A DNA stretch of 64,000 nucleotides, taken from Lama glama (lineage: Eukaryota). Positions within the stretch are counted from its first letter, which is position 1. The number at the start of each line of letters is the position of its first letter. The stretch lies in contig CM052848.1 in NCBI GenBank assembly GCA_028534125.1, forward strand, positions 12,834,001 through 12,898,000. Reading direction: 5' to 3'. Shown piece by piece: positions 60,166-64,000 of the stretch. The position numbers were made by a program, and so were the translations under genes. The notes beneath the pieces were generated by a model, which worked only from the letters and a program-made list of their open reading frames with translations, did no database searches and had not been told where the DNA came from.

Positions 60166-61020
60166 GTGAGCTGCAGGTGGTTTGCACTTTCTTGCTTCTG
60201 GTTCCTGGGTGGTAAGTGCTCCTGCCTTGGTTTTATATTTTGGGAAATTCAAAAACACCCAGTAATACTTTGTTAGTGCCCAGAAGGGGGTTGTGTTTAA
60301 ATATTTAGCATTGCTTTGCCATAGATTTGGGGGAGGGTGTTATTTTGGTTTTTGTTTTTTTATCTTAGGCATCTAGATTTATGCTCTTCACAAAAATACT
60401 TGTTGGGGAATTAGAAAAGGTTCCTAAGGCAGGCATTCATTTTTGTTATCTTGGCAATGTAGTCAACAAATAATTGTCACCAAAGGACTAGTTTGAAATG
60501 GATTTGGCAGTTAAATATTTTACTGAAATTGGAGGTAGTTGCTGACAACTTCAGAGCATTTCTTCTCATCTTCACCCTCTGCTGTCAGCTCCCTTTTCCC
60601 CATCTGTCAGCAGCTTGAGGCTGTTACCACTGCATTAACCTCAATTATATTCAGTCTTCCATGTGTTTTGTTGATTAATTTGTGTTGCTCGGGTTAGGGT
60701 TTATGTTGATGCCTTCCAGCCTCTGTGTTTCTGTTCCTAGTCCAAATCTGTACCTTACTTTGTTCAAGTGGAAAAGCTTCCCCAGTTAGCATTGCTCTGC
60801 CACTGTTGTGGCTGACAGGAGAAACAGAAACGGCACAGACTGGAGAGCGGGAAGACATTCGATTACATGAAAGTTCATGTTTTATTACATAAAGTGTAAT
60901 GTTCTTATCACACAAAAGTGTGGAGCCTGTAAATTAGTAAGATAAAATCTAATTATTTCAAAGTTCGTTCTTCGGCATTTTTGCAAACTAAAGCCGTTGA
61001 TTCATGCCTTTTGCTTTTAG

Positions 61021-61200
61021 TTGCCTGTGCCCCTGGAATCTGTGAAGGAGATGCTTAATTCCGTCATGCAGGAACTCGATGACTACAGTGAAGGAGGTCC
61101 TTTTTATAAAAATGGTTCTTTGCGAAATGCAGATTCAGAAATGAAACATTCGACACCATCTCCCACAAAATATTCTCTGTCACCGAGTAAAACTTACAAG
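61021..61200 (+). CDS. RANBP2: RANBP2 exon 16
   Basis: ttttag|LPVPLESVKEMLNSVMQEL...KHSTPSPTKYSLSPSKTYK|gtaagt. Confidence 0.96.
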
Positions 61201-61286
61201 GTAAGTGGGGAAGAAATGAATCATTCCACACTGCAGGGTATGTTGCTGTTCTAAATGTTTTAAGTCCTGTCTTGTTATTTTTTCAG

Positions 61287-61370
61287 TATTCTCCCAGAAC
61301 ACCACCACGATGGGCAGAAGATCAAAATTCTTTATTGAAAATGATCTGCCAGCAGGTGGAGGCCATTAAG
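61287..61370 (+). CDS. RANBP2: RANBP2 exon 17
   Basis: tttcag|YSPRTPPRWAEDQNSLLKMICQQVEAIK|gtaaat. Confidence 0.96.
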
Positions 61371-63397
61371 GTAAATCACTCAGGTTCTCTGAACTGTGCC
61401 TCTCCTATTCCAGGTTCCTTCTTTGGCCACTTTCTCACTTCCTTCCAGCCCTGTTCAGAAGGTCCCTTGGCCACACAATGGCAGACTCATACTCCGTTTC
61501 ACATACTTCCATCGTGACATTTGCCATATTTATGAAATTACTTGTGTGTCTGCACCCTCCCGTAGATGTGACTTTCACAGGTGGAGACTCTTACCCAGAA
61601 CATAGTGTTGCTCCTGGCACAGAGGAGATTCCGAAGTGATTGAATTGAACTAGTGAGATACGTATTCATACCTTGGTCTGTGAGCTCATGTCTCAGACTG
61701 ACTGTGGTTGTATGTGTCAGATTTATAGCTCAGATTTCACAAGGGGTCTAAACTTCAAAAGGTCTCCTTTTTGATATTTCATGTGAATTTGACTTAATTT
61801 TATAAAGAAATGTTATGTGTATGTGATCATATTTTATAACTATATGAAGGTGACCTTAAGTATAACAGTCCAAGGAGCTTTATTTTACTTCTTTGAAATG
61901 GGAAGTACAAGTAAATTGTTTCATTTTCTTTGGTAAGAACTAAATTATTCCTACTGCTGGTTACACCAGAGAAGTCTTGTGTGTGTGTGATTATTGCAGC
62001 ACTGTCAGCAGTGTGTAAGATCGACAGAATCTTTGTTCCCCTCCAAACAGCACTTTTTATGTGAACTTTGTAGACTCGTAGCCTGTTAAATAGTACATAT
62101 TTACTGTCTAGGTTTCTGGCACCCAGCCTTGTACTCTTGGCAGCACTGGTCATGGAGTGCCAGTCCGTGTGCCGGAAAACTGGCTTCTGGTACCGACAGC
62201 CACTGACTTGTGGTCTCAAGCCAGGCACTTCCTTATCTTTCTCTCTGTTTGGCTTCTCACCTGTAAAGTGAGAATTGTACAACCAGTTTCTATCACATGT
62301 TCTGGTTGTTTGAATTCTTAAAATTGTGATTATAGATTTAATTGCATGTTCTAAGTTATGGCCTGGATACCAGTCGTGACCAGCAAAGTTTTCCGATTGA
62401 TTGCATCAGTTTCTTTTTTTTATAGACGTGTAGCATCTGAATTAGACACAGTAGATGGATGAATGGGGAAGTTTTTATTTAGTTTGGAAATTCGGATATT
62501 TTTGACCTCAGTAGCTATAGCTTTGGGAAATTTCTGTTCCTAAAACACTTGTAGAAGAGGAGAGCAGAAATGCCGGGTCTGTGTCTGACCTCAAATAACT
62601 TAACTGTTCCTGACAAGTGCCTGCTTTGTAGGTTCTTGGGGTGGGGAAGGGGGTTGTCATTTGGTTGTCCAGAAAGTGATAGATCTGATTGCTATCCACT
62701 AGTGTCATTAGAACGCAGTATGTCTGCCGCTTTTTAACTGTCAGAATTAAGAACTTAAGTGCCTGGAGCGCATTATTGTCTACGTAATATATTCTGAGCA
62801 AGGATCACTTGTTTTCCCGTTCCTGGTAGAGCATTTGAGCATTACCTAAAACATTAACAGTGTTCCATGCAGCGTATGCGGTGAATGGGAAGCTAATATT
62901 GGGAGGTAGTTTGGAATGTGGGTGGTCCAGGTGGCTGAGGAGTAAAGCAGTGTGAAATGAGGATGCTGGAAGGATTGAAATTGAGGTGATACTGCTTAGG
63001 ACCTTCAGCATCAGAGGAGTTTAATTTGTAGGCCCTAGTTTCCTTGAGCAGAGAAGTGTCTTGGCTGGAACGGAACTTCAGAGAGGTTATTTGAGCACAT
63101 GTGGGATAGAAACGGAGATGCAGCCACTTAGGCAGTTGTCCTATTGTTTAGGTTAGAGCTGCCTCTGAATTCTGGAGTGAGTGAGTTAGGTGACAGCACT
63201 AAGAAACCAGAGAAGGGAGCAAATACAAGTTCTAACAGATTTAAGGATCGTATCTTAGACCAGCACCTGTTTCCGAATATAAGAACTAAATTGTATTCAG
63301 AATATAGAATCTCTTTAAAAAGGCATCACCAAGCGTTAAGTTTGCTCTGGCACTGTTTCTGGTGATAGAATTGCTTTAAACTGTCTTCTTCCGACAG

Positions 63398-63533
63398 AAA
63401 GAAATGCAGGAGTTGAGACTGAACAGCAGTAACTCGGGGTCCCCTCATCGCTGGCCTGCAGAGAACTATGGGCCAGACTCAGTGCCTGATGGACATCAGG
63501 GGCCACAAAATTTTCACGGGGCCCCTCTGACGG
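63398..63533 (+). CDS. RANBP2: RANBP2 exon 18 (gene continues past the window)
   Basis: cgacag|KEMQELRLNSSNSGSPHRWPAENYGPDSVPDGHQGPQNFHGAPLT G|gtgagt. Confidence 0.95.
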
Positions 63534-64000
63534 GTGAGTTGGCAGCTGACTAATCCCAGGTGTTGGTAAAGTCACTGTGCTACGTCCTCCCTTACGTAGA
63601 GAACTTGTCTCTGTATGTTTATATGCGTATCTGTATATGTCTGCCTTTGTGTTACTTAAGCTGTGTTTGGTATTGCCGAGGCTTTTTATAAGCAGAAGCA
63701 AAACAAGCTTTATCTGATCCTGTTTATATCAAGGCTTAAAGAAACCCTTAAATGCACATCTCAAAAGGAGCTGAGACTGAGGTGGAACTATGCCTTATAA
63801 TTGAAGAATGTTAACTAATAGTGTACTTTAAAAGATGCCTAGCTAAGAACTTAAACTTCTGGGAATTATTTTGATGATACACTGAGAGGTATGACATTCA
63901 TAGGAAGTTTTATTTTGAAATACCACAGTCGCATATAGAAGGAAGGAGTTTGGAGCTAGATCATACAGGACTTGTAAGTTGTGCTCTGCCACTTACTGAT

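Noticed and set aside
35564-63533. Possibility that this is an RGPD paralog or that LIMS1 is LIMS3/4
   Set aside because: Those are great-ape segmental duplicates; here a full five-LIM LIMS1 directly precedes RANBP2 in the ancestral order, in a camelid-type genome

Overview
Mammalian genomic DNA, almost certainly from a camelid (four copies of a tRNA-derived SINE matching the tylopod Vic-1 pattern). Two spliced genes lie on the + strand. LIMS1 (PINCH1) has a complete 10-exon CDS, 9123-25565, 1164 nt = 387 aa, using the internal alternative first exon. It is followed by a repeat-rich spacer, a CpG-island promoter and the first 18 coding exons of RANBP2/NUP358 (35564-63533, 2602 nt; the gene continues beyond the window). 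All exon phases join without stops. I found no prokaryote-type system (no CRISPR, operon or phage). The most notable observations are: (i) a duplicated, in-frame second splice donor 63 nt after RANBP2 exon 9; (ii) a 166-nt N-gap that begins right after a branch point and polypyrimidine tract, where an alternative LIMS1 terminal exon may be hidden; (iii) a speculative antisense multi-exon ORF with a polyA signal nested in LIMS1 intron 2; (iv) strong AT-to-GC drift consistent with GC-biased gene conversion that changes LIMS1 and RANBP2 residues; (v) an EEF1A1 3'UTR retrocopy; (vi) an intact short-R solo LTR upstream of RANBP2; (vii) a 20-bp minisatellite. Comparisons to human sequences and repeat consensi are from memory, not from database searches.
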